Shown in pieces: positions 17,817 to 27,200 of a stretch of 64,000 bases of DNA. Below the pieces are notes generated by a model. That model saw only the letters and a program-made list of their open reading frames with translations. It was not told the DNA's origin and ran no database searches. Every line of letters begins with the position of its first letter. Position 1 is the first letter of the stretch. A program made the translations under genes and the position numbers. The DNA comes from a virus, in IMG/VR virus record IMGVR_UViG_3300030060_003910, positions 30,355-94,354 of that record. One strand, given 5' to 3'.

Positions 17817-18771
17817 TTATGCTAACTTTATTAATGCTCAAAATAACAGGACGAATGTATATACTACGGTCTATGATTTCCAGCATTTTTCAGAGAAAGC
17901 GAAGGTAGAATCCTCAGTAATTATTGATAGAATTTTTCTTGATTTTGATGCACACGAAGATAAATTAGATTTGGCTTGGAGGGATGTTAAAGTGGTAATG
18001 CAATTAGTTCATCAAAAAGATTATCTACATACGCTTTTCTTTTCGGGTCGTGGCTTTCATCTATTTTTGTTCGGTAAGAAAACAAATAATATGAGAAATG
18101 TTCAAACTCTTTTCCGAGAGATTAAAGCATATCTCTCATCAAAAGTTGGTAGTAAAAATACACTTGATGATAGGGTAGGACAAACAACAAGATTACGCCG
18201 TATTCCTAATACGGTAAATATGTCATCTTCTGACGAAAACGGCAAACCCTATTATTGCATACCCTTGACACAGTTTGACCTTATGTGTGAACTTGAAGAT
18301 ATTCTTGAGATTGCGAAAGAACCCCGCCTTATCCCCTTCCAAAAGGGTGGAAAAAACGAGGTGTTGTTTCCCGATGCACCCCCCATTGAGGCGATAGAGG
18401 GCGAGGTTTCCGTTCCTGATACGGTAGGAAAACTCCCAATGTTGCCCTGTTTGCATAATGCGGTAATGACGGAGAATCCTTCACATATGGCGAGAGCATA
18501 CCTTGTTTCTTGGTATCGTGATTTGCTTTCGGGCTATCGTGATTTATCTTCGGGACAAGAAAAAATGAAAGTGCTGAACTTAGTGGTTGAAGAACTTGAA
18601 AGAGTATTTTCTGAATCTGATTCGGTATGGCTTGATTGGGATAAAAACGAAACTAGAAAACACGCAAGATTTACAGTATTCAATAACTACAATACGCCTC
18701 ATTGTGATAAATTGATTAGTGATGGTTTTTGTGTTGGTAAATGTTGGAGGTATCACGGTGCTAGTAATTGA
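17731..18771 (+). CDS. archaeo-eukaryotic primase, PriS catalytic domain fused to a PriL-like Fe-S domain
   Basis: FLDFD, FSGRGFH, RLRRIPNT; C-terminal LPCL...YNTPHC...FCVGKC. Confidence 0.85.
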   Translation: MKFPREVWAGSHIKNAPQMKRKVVLARNDYANFINAQNNRTNVYTTVYDFQHFSEKAKVESSVIIDRIFLDFDAHEDKLDLAWRDVKVVMQLVHQKDYLHTLFFSGRGFHLFLFGKKTNNMRNVQTLFREIKAYLSSKVGSKNTLDDRVGQTTRLRRIPNTVNMSSSDENGKPYYCIPLTQFDLMCELEDILEIAKEPRLIPFQKGGKNEVLFPDAPPIEAIEGEVSVPDTVGKLPMLPCLHNAVMTENPSHMARAYLVSWYRDLLSGYRDLSSGQEKMKVLNLVVEELERVFSESDSVWLDWDKNETRKHARFTVFNNYNTPHCDKLISDGFCVGKCWRYHGASN

Positions 18772-19447
18772 TTCAAGAGAGAAGTCCAAATTAGCCAAAC
18801 TGGTTATGCAAAAAGCAAAGGGCTTAAATATACAATACGAACAGCGTTGGATTGAGATAGGCGACTACATCTACGATGATGTTTGTTTTGAAGCAAAATC
18901 AACAACGGACTTTTTGGGTTCAGTAATGACAAAAAGATTATGGACGCAAATTGACAATATGGATAGACACTATAAAACAAATGTAGTGATTATTCATGGT
19001 AGTCTTGATGAAGCCATTATGAATGTAATTGAGAACTCTGGAAGCAATATGCCAATTGGAACAAGAAGTATAATGCTTAACAATAAATTTCTTGGTGCAA
19101 TTGGTAGACTTATTCTTGATACAGATGTAAAACCAGTATGGGTTGAAACAGAAGAAGAAGCGGCTTTGATTATTACAGCAGTATGTAAAATGAAACCAAT
19201 GACAAGAGATGTAATTGCGCCGCAAGTATTCAAGAGATTAACTACTGATGATTTGCGACTAGATTTGCTATCCAGCATTAAAGGCGTATCAATTAAGAAA
19301 GCAAAAGAATTAATAAAACAATTTGGTTCCATTATGGAAATAGGTGAGTGTTCAGAATATGAATTACAAGCCATTGAAGGAATCGGAGAAACCTTAGCCA
19401 AAAGAATACTCTCCACATTAAACTCGGAAGAGAAGGTGAAAATATGA
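18758..19447 (+). CDS. ERCC4/XPF-family nuclease with HhH motifs
   Basis: VIDSRE, GDY, EAKSTTDF, IKGVSIKKA, IEGIGETLA; GTG start after GGAGGT. Confidence 0.88.
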   Translation: MLVIDSREKSKLAKLVMQKAKGLNIQYEQRWIEIGDYIYDDVCFEAKSTTDFLGSVMTKRLWTQIDNMDRHYKTNVVIIHGSLDEAIMNVIENSGSNMPIGTRSIMLNNKFLGAIGRLILDTDVKPVWVETEEEAALIITAVCKMKPMTRDVIAPQVFKRLTTDDLRLDLLSSIKGVSIKKAKELIKQFGSIMEIGECSEYELQAIEGIGETLAKRILSTLNSEEKVKI

Positions 19448-20907
19448 ATGAAGAATATAATGAAGAAGAATATATGGAAGCATTTGAAACAAACGCAGGT
19501 GTTTTTAGCGAAGCCTTGCCCAAAGTCGTTAGAGACTTTCAATCATCAGCAGTTGAGGTATCACACTACAATGATATTCCTGCTGGTATTAGTTTCTTTA
19601 ACATTCTTGGTCAAGTGGTAAAAGATTTTATTACAATTCCTAACGGAAGAAACCATGAAGATACGCGAATCCATTTCTGTTGGGTTCAAACAAGTGGAAC
19701 TGGTAAATCTACTATGTGGAACTTTGTTGGGCCAGTTGCGGAAAAAACATTTGGTATGATTAATTCTGCAAACAATCACCCTCCGTTTGTTCGTAATAAC
19801 TTACCAATGAATCGTATTTTCAATACATTCGGTGTAACTGATTATACAGATTCAGTTCTTATTGGTGGTTATGATAAAGAAGTGGACGATGATGGAGAAA
19901 TTGAATATCAAAGAAGGCCAGGAGTTTTAGAAGGAAATGGTCTTGCTCATTGGGATGAGTTTGAATATTCAGGTATCTTCAAACAAAGCCAGCACAAAGA
20001 AAACTCTATCGTTTATCTCAATACTTTGATGAACTCCTTAGCAGGTGAGTCTTGGATTATTTCTAAGGCTTTGACTTCTTTTGGTGGCATGATTATGGAA
20101 TGTTTCTGTGAGCGTTCTGTTTTGGCTATGACTTATCCACCTAATAATCTAAACGATGTTATGGCTGAGAAGGGCGTTCTTCAAAGAATGCTTTTGTATG
20201 TTTGGGAAGTGCCTGAGTTTATTCAACACAAGATGCGTCTTGAACAAATTGACAAAGCAGGAACGGTTGAAGAAGTTAATCAACCTATTGATAAATACGC
20301 AAATGCTTTGTATAAGATTTATGAATTAACTCGCGAAAGGTTCAATCAAGTGGGAGGCGACCCACTTAAAACCATGAAATATACTCAAGACTTTAATCAA
20401 GTTCTAAGACTTGAATATGAAAGTATGCGTATGTATCTTCAAAACACCCGGCCCGATGTTGCTAAAATTGCGGGTAATTTTACCACCCGTTTGATGAAGA
20501 TTCTGTATAAAATGTCTGTTCTTTGTAGTGTTGCATCTGCGCCTTCAATTAAAGATAAAGACCAACAATTCGTAGTTACTGGGCATAATGTCCGTCAAGC
20601 GGCAACAATCGTCCGACAATGTTATATGACATTGGTTGATTGGCTAGAGCGAAGCCTACGGGCGAAGCGCAAGAGCATAGCCGAGAACTCGCTTGAGTCG
20701 GTGTTTATGGACATTTATAACAAAATGAAGAAAGACGATGATGGTTTCGTCAATAAGACTACTCTCTTAACGGAAGTCCGAACAAAGGCTAAAAAATCAA
20801 GAGCGCAAGTGTATAGGCACTTTGATGTTATTAGACATAAGTTTGAAGAACAAAAAGGGCCAAGCAATAGGACTTACATTAAGTTGATAAGGAGTGATGA
20901 AGAATGA
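19444..20907 (+). CDS. MCM-like AAA+ helicase lacking the N-terminal domain, with C-terminal wHTH
   Basis: SGTGKS, RPGVLEGNGLAHWDEFE (compare MCM AGALVLAD.G...IDEFD), VLQR, TTRLMKIL (compare TxRQLESL). Confidence 0.65.
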   Translation: MNEEYNEEEYMEAFETNAGVFSEALPKVVRDFQSSAVEVSHYNDIPAGISFFNILGQVVKDFITIPNGRNHEDTRIHFCWVQTSGTGKSTMWNFVGPVAEKTFGMINSANNHPPFVRNNLPMNRIFNTFGVTDYTDSVLIGGYDKEVDDDGEIEYQRRPGVLEGNGLAHWDEFEYSGIFKQSQHKENSIVYLNTLMNSLAGESWIISKALTSFGGMIMECFCERSVLAMTYPPNNLNDVMAEKGVLQRMLLYVWEVPEFIQHKMRLEQIDKAGTVEEVNQPIDKYANALYKIYELTRERFNQVGGDPLKTMKYTQDFNQVLRLEYESMRMYLQNTRPDVAKIAGNFTTRLMKILYKMSVLCSVASAPSIKDKDQQFVVTGHNVRQAATIVRQCYMTLVDWLERSLRAKRKSIAENSLESVFMDIYNKMKKDDDGFVNKTTLLTEVRTKAKKSRAQVYRHFDVIRHKFEEQKGPSNRTYIKLIRSDEE

Positions 20908-21131
20908 AGTGGGAAAACACATACCTAGTGTTTCAAGTTGAAAAAGGGCCAAAAGTGATTATTGATACTCTAAACACTTACGGCGATGATGGATGGGAAT
21001 GTTGTTCGCAATTAATTGTTGCGAATAAGCAAATCGTCTGCTTTTTAAAGCGACGAACTGACATTGACGAGGAACCAAAGGTGAACAAGGAAGAAGAAAA
21101 GATTAGCAAACTTTGGTCTAACGGTGAATGA
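20904..21131 (+). CDS. DUF4177-like small protein
   Basis: MKWE...LNTYGDDGWECCS...FLKR. Confidence 0.6.
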   Translation: MKWENTYLVFQVEKGPKVIIDTLNTYGDDGWECCSQLIVANKQIVCFLKRRTDIDEEPKVNKEEEKISKLWSNGE

Positions 21132-21726
21132 TATGTCTGTATTGGCTATTGATTTAGAAACCAAAAATATGTCCTATGACATTGGTGGTTTTGGTAATAC
21201 CCATATGTTTCAGGTTTCAACCGTAGCAACATGGGATGGAAACAACGGAACTGTTTATGTTGATGAACCTGTTGAATCTTTTGCTAAATCAGGCCACACC
21301 ATTAAGCCTTTGTCCGAACTTAAATATGATTTAGATAATCATTTTCAAAAGGGAGGATTATTGTTGGGACACAACATTAAGGCTTTTGATTTGCCTGTTC
21401 TTAGAGATGCGATGGATATTTATTGCATTAATAAGTATATTAAAGAAGAACAATTTATTGATACTTCAAGAATCCTGCTGAAAGAACATGGTGAGAGATT
21501 TCAACTAAAAAATCTTGTTAAATGCACCATGAATGATGCAAAATTAATGGAAAGTGCTGATGCACCTAAATTATGGAAGATGGGTCAATTTGATGATGTG
21601 GTTGAGTATTGTATGAAAGATACCCAATTAGTCTATGACCTTTGGAAGTATGGGCAAAATAATGGTATTGTTAAGGCTTTTTCCTTAGAAAAAGGAGAAC
21701 ATAAAGAATTAGAGGTGATGTGGTAA
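21124..21726 (+). CDS. DEDD 3'-5' exonuclease (RNase_H_2/YprB-like)
   Basis: AIDLET, GHNIKAFDLPVL, FIDT, EYCMKD. Confidence 0.85.
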   Translation: MNDMSVLAIDLETKNMSYDIGGFGNTHMFQVSTVATWDGNNGTVYVDEPVESFAKSGHTIKPLSELKYDLDNHFQKGGLLLGHNIKAFDLPVLRDAMDIYCINKYIKEEQFIDTSRILLKEHGERFQLKNLVKCTMNDAKLMESADAPKLWKMGQFDDVVEYCMKDTQLVYDLWKYGQNNGIVKAFSLEKGEHKELEVMW

Positions 21727-21872
21727 TGACGACATGGGAATGGATTGGTTTATTCTTTTTCATCAGTATTCTAATGCTTCTATTCTTTGCCGCTTTCGGT
21801 GGAACTAATATCACCGATGAAAGCGTTGAAGAATACATGAAGCGGCTGATGGGCGAAGATAGCCAAAAGTGA
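21726..21872 (+). CDS. small membrane protein (48 aa, not in ORF track)
   Basis: MTTWEWIGLFFFISILMLLFFAAFGG...; TAATG overlap; GAGGTGA SD. Confidence 0.6.
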   Translation: MTTWEWIGLFFFISILMLLFFAAFGGTNITDESVEEYMKRLMGEDSQK

Positions 21873-21876
21873 TGAT

Positions 21877-22020
21877 ATGGGATTAAAGCAAGAGTGTTTT
21901 TACTGTAAAGAAAAGACAGTAGCAAGACGATTACTTGGCTTTTATGTCGGTTCTACTGAACAGACAAAATTATGGGAATGCCGAGCCTGTAATGCCATTT
22001 GGTCGGAAAAAACAAATTGA
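21877..22020 (+). CDS. Zn-ribbon protein (47 aa), TFS/RpoM C-ribbon-like
   Basis: CFYC-x24-WECRACNAIW; last gene before the terminator. Confidence 0.55.
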   Translation: MGLKQECFYCKEKTVARRLLGFYVGSTEQTKLWECRACNAIWSEKTN

Positions 22021-22051
22021 GGGGGAGCGTATGCTCCCTCTCTTTTTTTTT
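22019..22051 (+). terminator. hairpin plus oligo-T terminator ending the + strand arm
   Basis: GAGGGGGAGC-GTAT-GCTCCCTCTC followed by T9. Confidence 0.75.
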
Positions 22052-22147
22052 GGTTTTTCAACTTTTGTGAATTTTTTAAAAATTCATTAGGCCGTAATTT
22101 TTGTTTGGCTAAATGAGAGCATTTATGCTTTTTAAAAAGACGACCCC

Positions 22148-22183
22148 TGCATTCAATTCCTCCTGCGGCACGAATTGAATGCA
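22148..22183. repeat. 12-bp perfect inverted repeat
   Basis: TGCATTCAATTC-N12-GAATTGAATGCA. Confidence 0.85.
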
Positions 22184-22217
22184 ACGCAAAAGTTGGTGTC
22201 TTTGGGCCAAAGCCTCA

Positions 22218-23885
22218 TCAATTGAGTTGCATAAGCATCCACATATCAGCATCAACACAGGTAATATCATAAATTTTTCCAGCCGCCAAAGAATAAGGAA
22301 GGCTTAATACCGCACCCGTGGTATCTGTTATGGAATCGTCGCTTCCTGTTCTATTTATCTGTAAAGTATCACCAACAACCTTTGCTACAATTCTATATGT
22401 TCTTCCTATATCTACTGATTCTGCGTCAGGTAAATTAAGCATTAAATCTTGTGGTGGCTGTCCACCACCAGCCGCAGGTGCAGAAGCAATAATCAAATCA
22501 TCTGTTTTTAAAATATCATAAGCAGAAAGTGGTGGCCCCCCGCTTAAACCGTTATCACCGGCTTTGTGAACAACATTTTGTATTCTTCCTTTTGTATTTA
22601 TTGCTCCGCTTAGTGATAGAACTCCATCCCCTACTGTGCTTGTTCCTATTCCTACTTTATCTTGTCCAGCATCAGCAAAAATTAAATTTGCATTTGTATC
22701 GCCCTCTACTCTAAAATTTATATCTGCTCCGGCATCATTGAAAACTGTCTCATCGCTATCCAATTCAATTCTTGAAGTGATAGCGCCATTTTTCAAAGTT
22801 CTAAAGGTTATTCTTCCGTCTTCGCTTCCATCAGTAGGGTCTACGATTTCTGCAAAAATGTCCACATAATCTGCTGTGCTTCCTGCTGAATCTTTTCCTC
22901 TAAATCTTAAATGGGCTAAATCATCACCTGCGGCTGGACTTGCTGAATTACGATAATAAACAACATCGGGAGAAGCAGAACCGCCATCTTCTGCAACCTC
23001 AATTAAAAAGTCAATATCAGAAGAACTTGTTCCTTTAACATGTAAAATACCAGTTGGGTTGCCTGTCCCTATCCCTACTTTCCCATCGGTTGTTATTCTT
23101 AATCTTTCTACTGCCGAACCAGTTTTGAAAACCATAGGTTCTGAACTAGAATATGCTTGTATTTCTGCTAAACCGCTTGTTGGCGAATTTGCATATCCTA
23201 GGGAAATTTTATTCGCTTGAATGTCTTCTGTGACTAGTAAAGAACCTTCAATCTTTACTTCTGTATTTGGAAATGATGGGTCATTGTCGCCATACAGAAC
23301 CAACCTATCTACAACGCTAGAACCGTCTTTTACCTTAAAAATAATATCTTTGTCTGTTTCTAAAGACTCAAATTCAACATCTCCGGCGTTGCTTTTTATT
23401 GTAGCACTTTCAGTATATCCTGAATCATCTCTACCGATGCTCAAACTGTTTTCAGTTTTATTAACAGTAAGATACTGAATACCTACATTTGCAGTTCCGT
23501 TATGAGTAATAACTGCAATAATAGTATCTCCTGCCGTATATTGGGCAACCTTATCAGCCGCAGTAGGGTTTCTTATGGTTAAAACTGGAGAAGAAGCACT
23601 ACTAGCAATTAATAAATGATAACCATTTGTATATGTTGAACTCAATGTTAAATTAGCAACTGCCGAAACCGCCACTCTTTTACCATCACGGAAAATAACT
23701 CCTGCGCCAACATCAATTTGTGTTGCGCTGTCAATAGTAATGTCAAAACCACTAATTGCATAGTTTTGACCTAAACCATCTGAAAGGGCTTTAATAATCC
23801 CGGTATGAGGAAAATCTACACCATCTTCAATTTGATTAGGCGTTCCAGTTGTGCTTTGTCCATAAAAGTTCGGATTACTTACCAT
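22218..23885 (-). CDS. tail fibre / receptor-binding protein
   Basis: KVGIGT fibre repeats, G/S/T-rich beta character, last gene of the tail module. Confidence 0.65.
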   Translation of the reverse strand: MVSNPNFYGQSTTGTPNQIEDGVDFPHTGIIKALSDGLGQNYAISGFDITIDSATQIDVGAGVIFRDGKRVAVSAVANLTLSSTYTNGYHLLIASSASSPVLTIRNPTAADKVAQYTAGDTIIAVITHNGTANVGIQYLTVNKTENSLSIGRDDSGYTESATIKSNAGDVEFESLETDKDIIFKVKDGSSVVDRLVLYGDNDPSFPNTEVKIEGSLLVTEDIQANKISLGYANSPTSGLAEIQAYSSSEPMVFKTGSAVERLRITTDGKVGIGTGNPTGILHVKGTSSSDIDFLIEVAEDGGSASPDVVYYRNSASPAAGDDLAHLRFRGKDSAGSTADYVDIFAEIVDPTDGSEDGRITFRTLKNGAITSRIELDSDETVFNDAGADINFRVEGDTNANLIFADAGQDKVGIGTSTVGDGVLSLSGAINTKGRIQNVVHKAGDNGLSGGPPLSAYDILKTDDLIIASAPAAGGGQPPQDLMLNLPDAESVDIGRTYRIVAKVVGDTLQINRTGSDDSITDTTGAVLSLPYSLAAGKIYDITCVDADMWMLMQLN

Positions 23886-23886
23886 A

Positions 23887-24225
23887 TTACTCAACCTCCA
23901 ACAAAATAAACAGTTCTAGTGTTTCTGTTGTGGAAAATGGGCCAACTCCTTCAAAATTGGTTCTATATACTAAATCGCTCCCGTTAAATAAACCTACTTC
24001 ACGAATAACTTGGCCTTGAATAGCACTACCCGCTACTGATACTTTTACCTCAATAACATTTAATGTAGAATTTGTAATTGTTAATGTTGTAGAAGCAGAT
24101 AATGGAACATCTAAATCGGTAGCAGTTGGGCTAGTAGAGTTTCCACCAAGACCAATTTTTGCAGTATCAAACAGATTATCTTTGATATGGGTAGCAATCA
24201 ATGTTTTTAATTCATCTGTAATCAT
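23887..24225 (-). CDS. tail-collar/fibre attachment-like protein
   Basis: IGLGG..SPTATDL...IREVGLF motif typical of fibre N-terminal domains. Confidence 0.55.
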   Translation of the reverse strand: MITDELKTLIATHIKDNLFDTAKIGLGGNSTSPTATDLDVPLSASTTLTITNSTLNVIEVKVSVAGSAIQGQVIREVGLFNGSDLVYRTNFEGVGPFSTTETLELFILLEVE

Positions 24226-27200
24226 GCTAAATCTTCCTCCACTAAATCAGTAATCGTGATTGCTCCACCTGTAAATCCTAAAGCAGTAGTAAATCCTAAC
24301 GCTGTTCCAAAGCCGAGAGTCCGACCTGCGCCTCCCGCACTTCTCTTCCGAACCAACAATTTAAGTTCTTTGGTGTTCAAGGTGTTTAAGAAATTGTAAG
24401 AAATCTCATTTGATTGTAAATTAGCACTTCTTAACGCTGCTTTTGTTTCTTTGCTTGAAATCAACAGTTCCGAGAAAACATCAGAAAGGTCTTTACTGTA
24501 TCGGCCAAGTTGTAATTTAATAAAACCAGTAAGTTGGTGTTCCATTTCTAATACGATAAACTCATTCATCTCAATATTCTCTCTCGGAATAAATACATTT
24601 ACAATATCGCCAACTCGTAATTGATTTATTCCTTTATTTTGCATAGTGAAAGATAATTTTTGATTAAGACGAGAATGAATCAGCAAAAGTTTAGTAGCCC
24701 TCTTATCTACTTCTTCTTGAGTTAATAGAGTATTATCTACCACTTCTAATGTCTTCCGCCCTCTTTTTTGTATTGAGCGCAAGTCTTTACGAATTGCTTT
24801 ATGTGCATTTCCATATACATTGATTTCGTTAAAGAAATCAAAGAGAGTTGAAACTTTATCAAATTCAGAAATTAAAAATTCTCCGCTATCATCAATGGTA
24901 ATATTCGTTTTTAAAGAATTTTCACTTTCAGGAAAAATCTTGAACACATTGTTTTCTTCAACAAGTTTCATTCCCTTTCTATCAAGAATATATTGTATTG
25001 CAGAATACAAATCTAATCCTTGATAATTAGGTGCTAAATACATAGGAGCATTAGTTGATGTTGTTTCAAATTCAATTCCTTCTTGTTCAAGTAATTCATT
25101 GATTAGGTCTTCACCTTCAAGACCAACGCTAACAGTAGAACCAATACAGGCTCTCGTTGGGTCAATTTTTAATTCTTCATTTGATGAAACAGTAAAGGTT
25201 TCGGAAACTGAAACAATTCCTTGTCTATTCAATTGCTTACCAAGATTAATAGAATCATATTTTAAGTTGGCTTTAGCCGTAAAAGTTACTTTTTCAGAAT
25301 TGATTCCATCACTAAAATTCATAGAGTATTCACCGTCAGGAAGATTACTTTCAAAGAAGTTAGAAGTAGAATGCAAAACCAAATTAGCGTCTGTGGATTG
25401 TTTGTCAGTATCAACCATAACAAACATGGATAGAACACCCTCATCTGAAAACTCATTATTGGTTCCTAAAACCTTCCCTTCTTTGTAAAAATAGCCATCT
25501 TTTATTTCTTCATATACTTCATTTTTATTAGATTTTTTAGTATAGGTTGAAGAAAGAATATTGAATTTTATTTCTTCTGGCATAAAATCATAGAGGCAAG
25601 TTTCATTTGGTTGTAAAATTCTATATGCTGTTTCATCAACCAAAGCGGCATCGCAAATTAAATGATGTTCTTCACTATCACTATTTGAAACTTCGTGTGA
25701 AATAACATAGATTAAAGTGTTTGAACTTGTATGTTGCGGTATCGCACCTTCCATACCTGCTCTTTTTTCTTTTCCTCCTTTTGTAAAAGCCGTTCCTTCC
25801 GCATTGACTCCATCTTCGGGAACCAAATAGCAACCAGTTAAATCCATAAATTTTAAAAAGGTATTGTAAAAAGTTGTTTGGCTATCATCAGGTCTTGTGG
25901 TTTTAATAACATTTTTCTTTAATGTTCCTGCTGAAGTTAAAATATCGGAAACAGAAAAATTACTCATATCATCGCCGTCGCCATCTACTGAATCGGCATC
26001 AATCCAAAGCCTAGGCTTAAAACACATAAATGCTCCATCTGCTTCATATGGTCTTGAACCTCCATAAGAAGCACTTGAATCGGAAACATTATCAAATCCT
26101 TTAAAATGATATAAAGAACCAATAACAGCATGATTATCGCTACCTACCACTACCTTTCTATTACCCATAAGAACCTGAGTTGTTGAGCCTTCTTCTGCTT
26201 TGTATTTTCCTCCATCTTCAATAGAAAATCTATCTAACACTACACCTATCAAAGAATTGTGCGCTCTCGCCGGAATAAAATTACCAGCAGAATGCTGTGT
26301 CATTTGTTGAATTACTGCAAAATTACCAACATCTCTATCGGCTGTGCCTAAATTGGTATCAAATGCAAGTGGCCCAATAATTTCTGACAGCCTATCTCCT
26401 GTTCCAAAACTTTCAAAACTTAATGCTCCGCTATTGGCAGTATGGGCATCATCTCCTGAATCATCACCATAATTGCTTCCATTAGGAATAATACAGCACT
26501 TTAGAGGATGAACATCATTATTATCTAATCTAGCAAAACTATCTTTTTTATTTCTGCCTTTCATAGTGATGGTATCAAAACTTATTTTAAAGCACCCATT
26601 AGTGGTTGTATCTGCACTTCCATCATTTGTTAAAAACCCGTCGCTAACTAAGTCGTAAGTATTTCCGCTAACTGGCGTTCCGCTTGATATTGTTCCGATA
26701 GTTCTTCCCTTACTATCAAATAAGAAATCATTTGTTGATAAACTAACACTTCCAGTAAATGTTATTTTATCACCTGTAATGTTGTCTATTGTTCCAACTA
26801 GTGTCTTTTCTCCATTTTTAACAGAAAGACCATAAGAATTGTCTCGGTATTTTATGATTGGTTTTTCTGGATTAATGGGATTAAAGAAAAAATCAACACA
26901 AACTTCTGTTAATCTCATAATTCCAAATCTATTTAGTTGAGAAATATCTTCCGAACTAGAAAAAGAGACGGTTTGATGATTAATGTCCTTTAATTGTATT
27001 CTGTTTCCTCCGTTTGTTGCGGAGTCTTTTTGATTTTTATTTTCCAATAAAAATAAATTATAGTTATTTATCTCTTTTGCGATACTACCAGAAGATTCAC
27101 TTAATAGGCTATCTTGTCTTAAACTAGTGTATGGTAAAATATCGCTATTAATATAGATAAATAATCTAGCGGCAGATTCGTCTGGATAAACAAAAGAAGC

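Noticed and set aside
18938-19542. Minus-strand ORFs, including one of 182 aa
   Set aside because: Antisense to the ERCC4 nuclease, which has clear motifs; no SD or motifs of their own
21942-22184. 80-aa minus-strand ORF across the convergence zone
   Set aside because: Runs through the terminator and palindromes and overlaps the better-supported Zn-ribbon ORF
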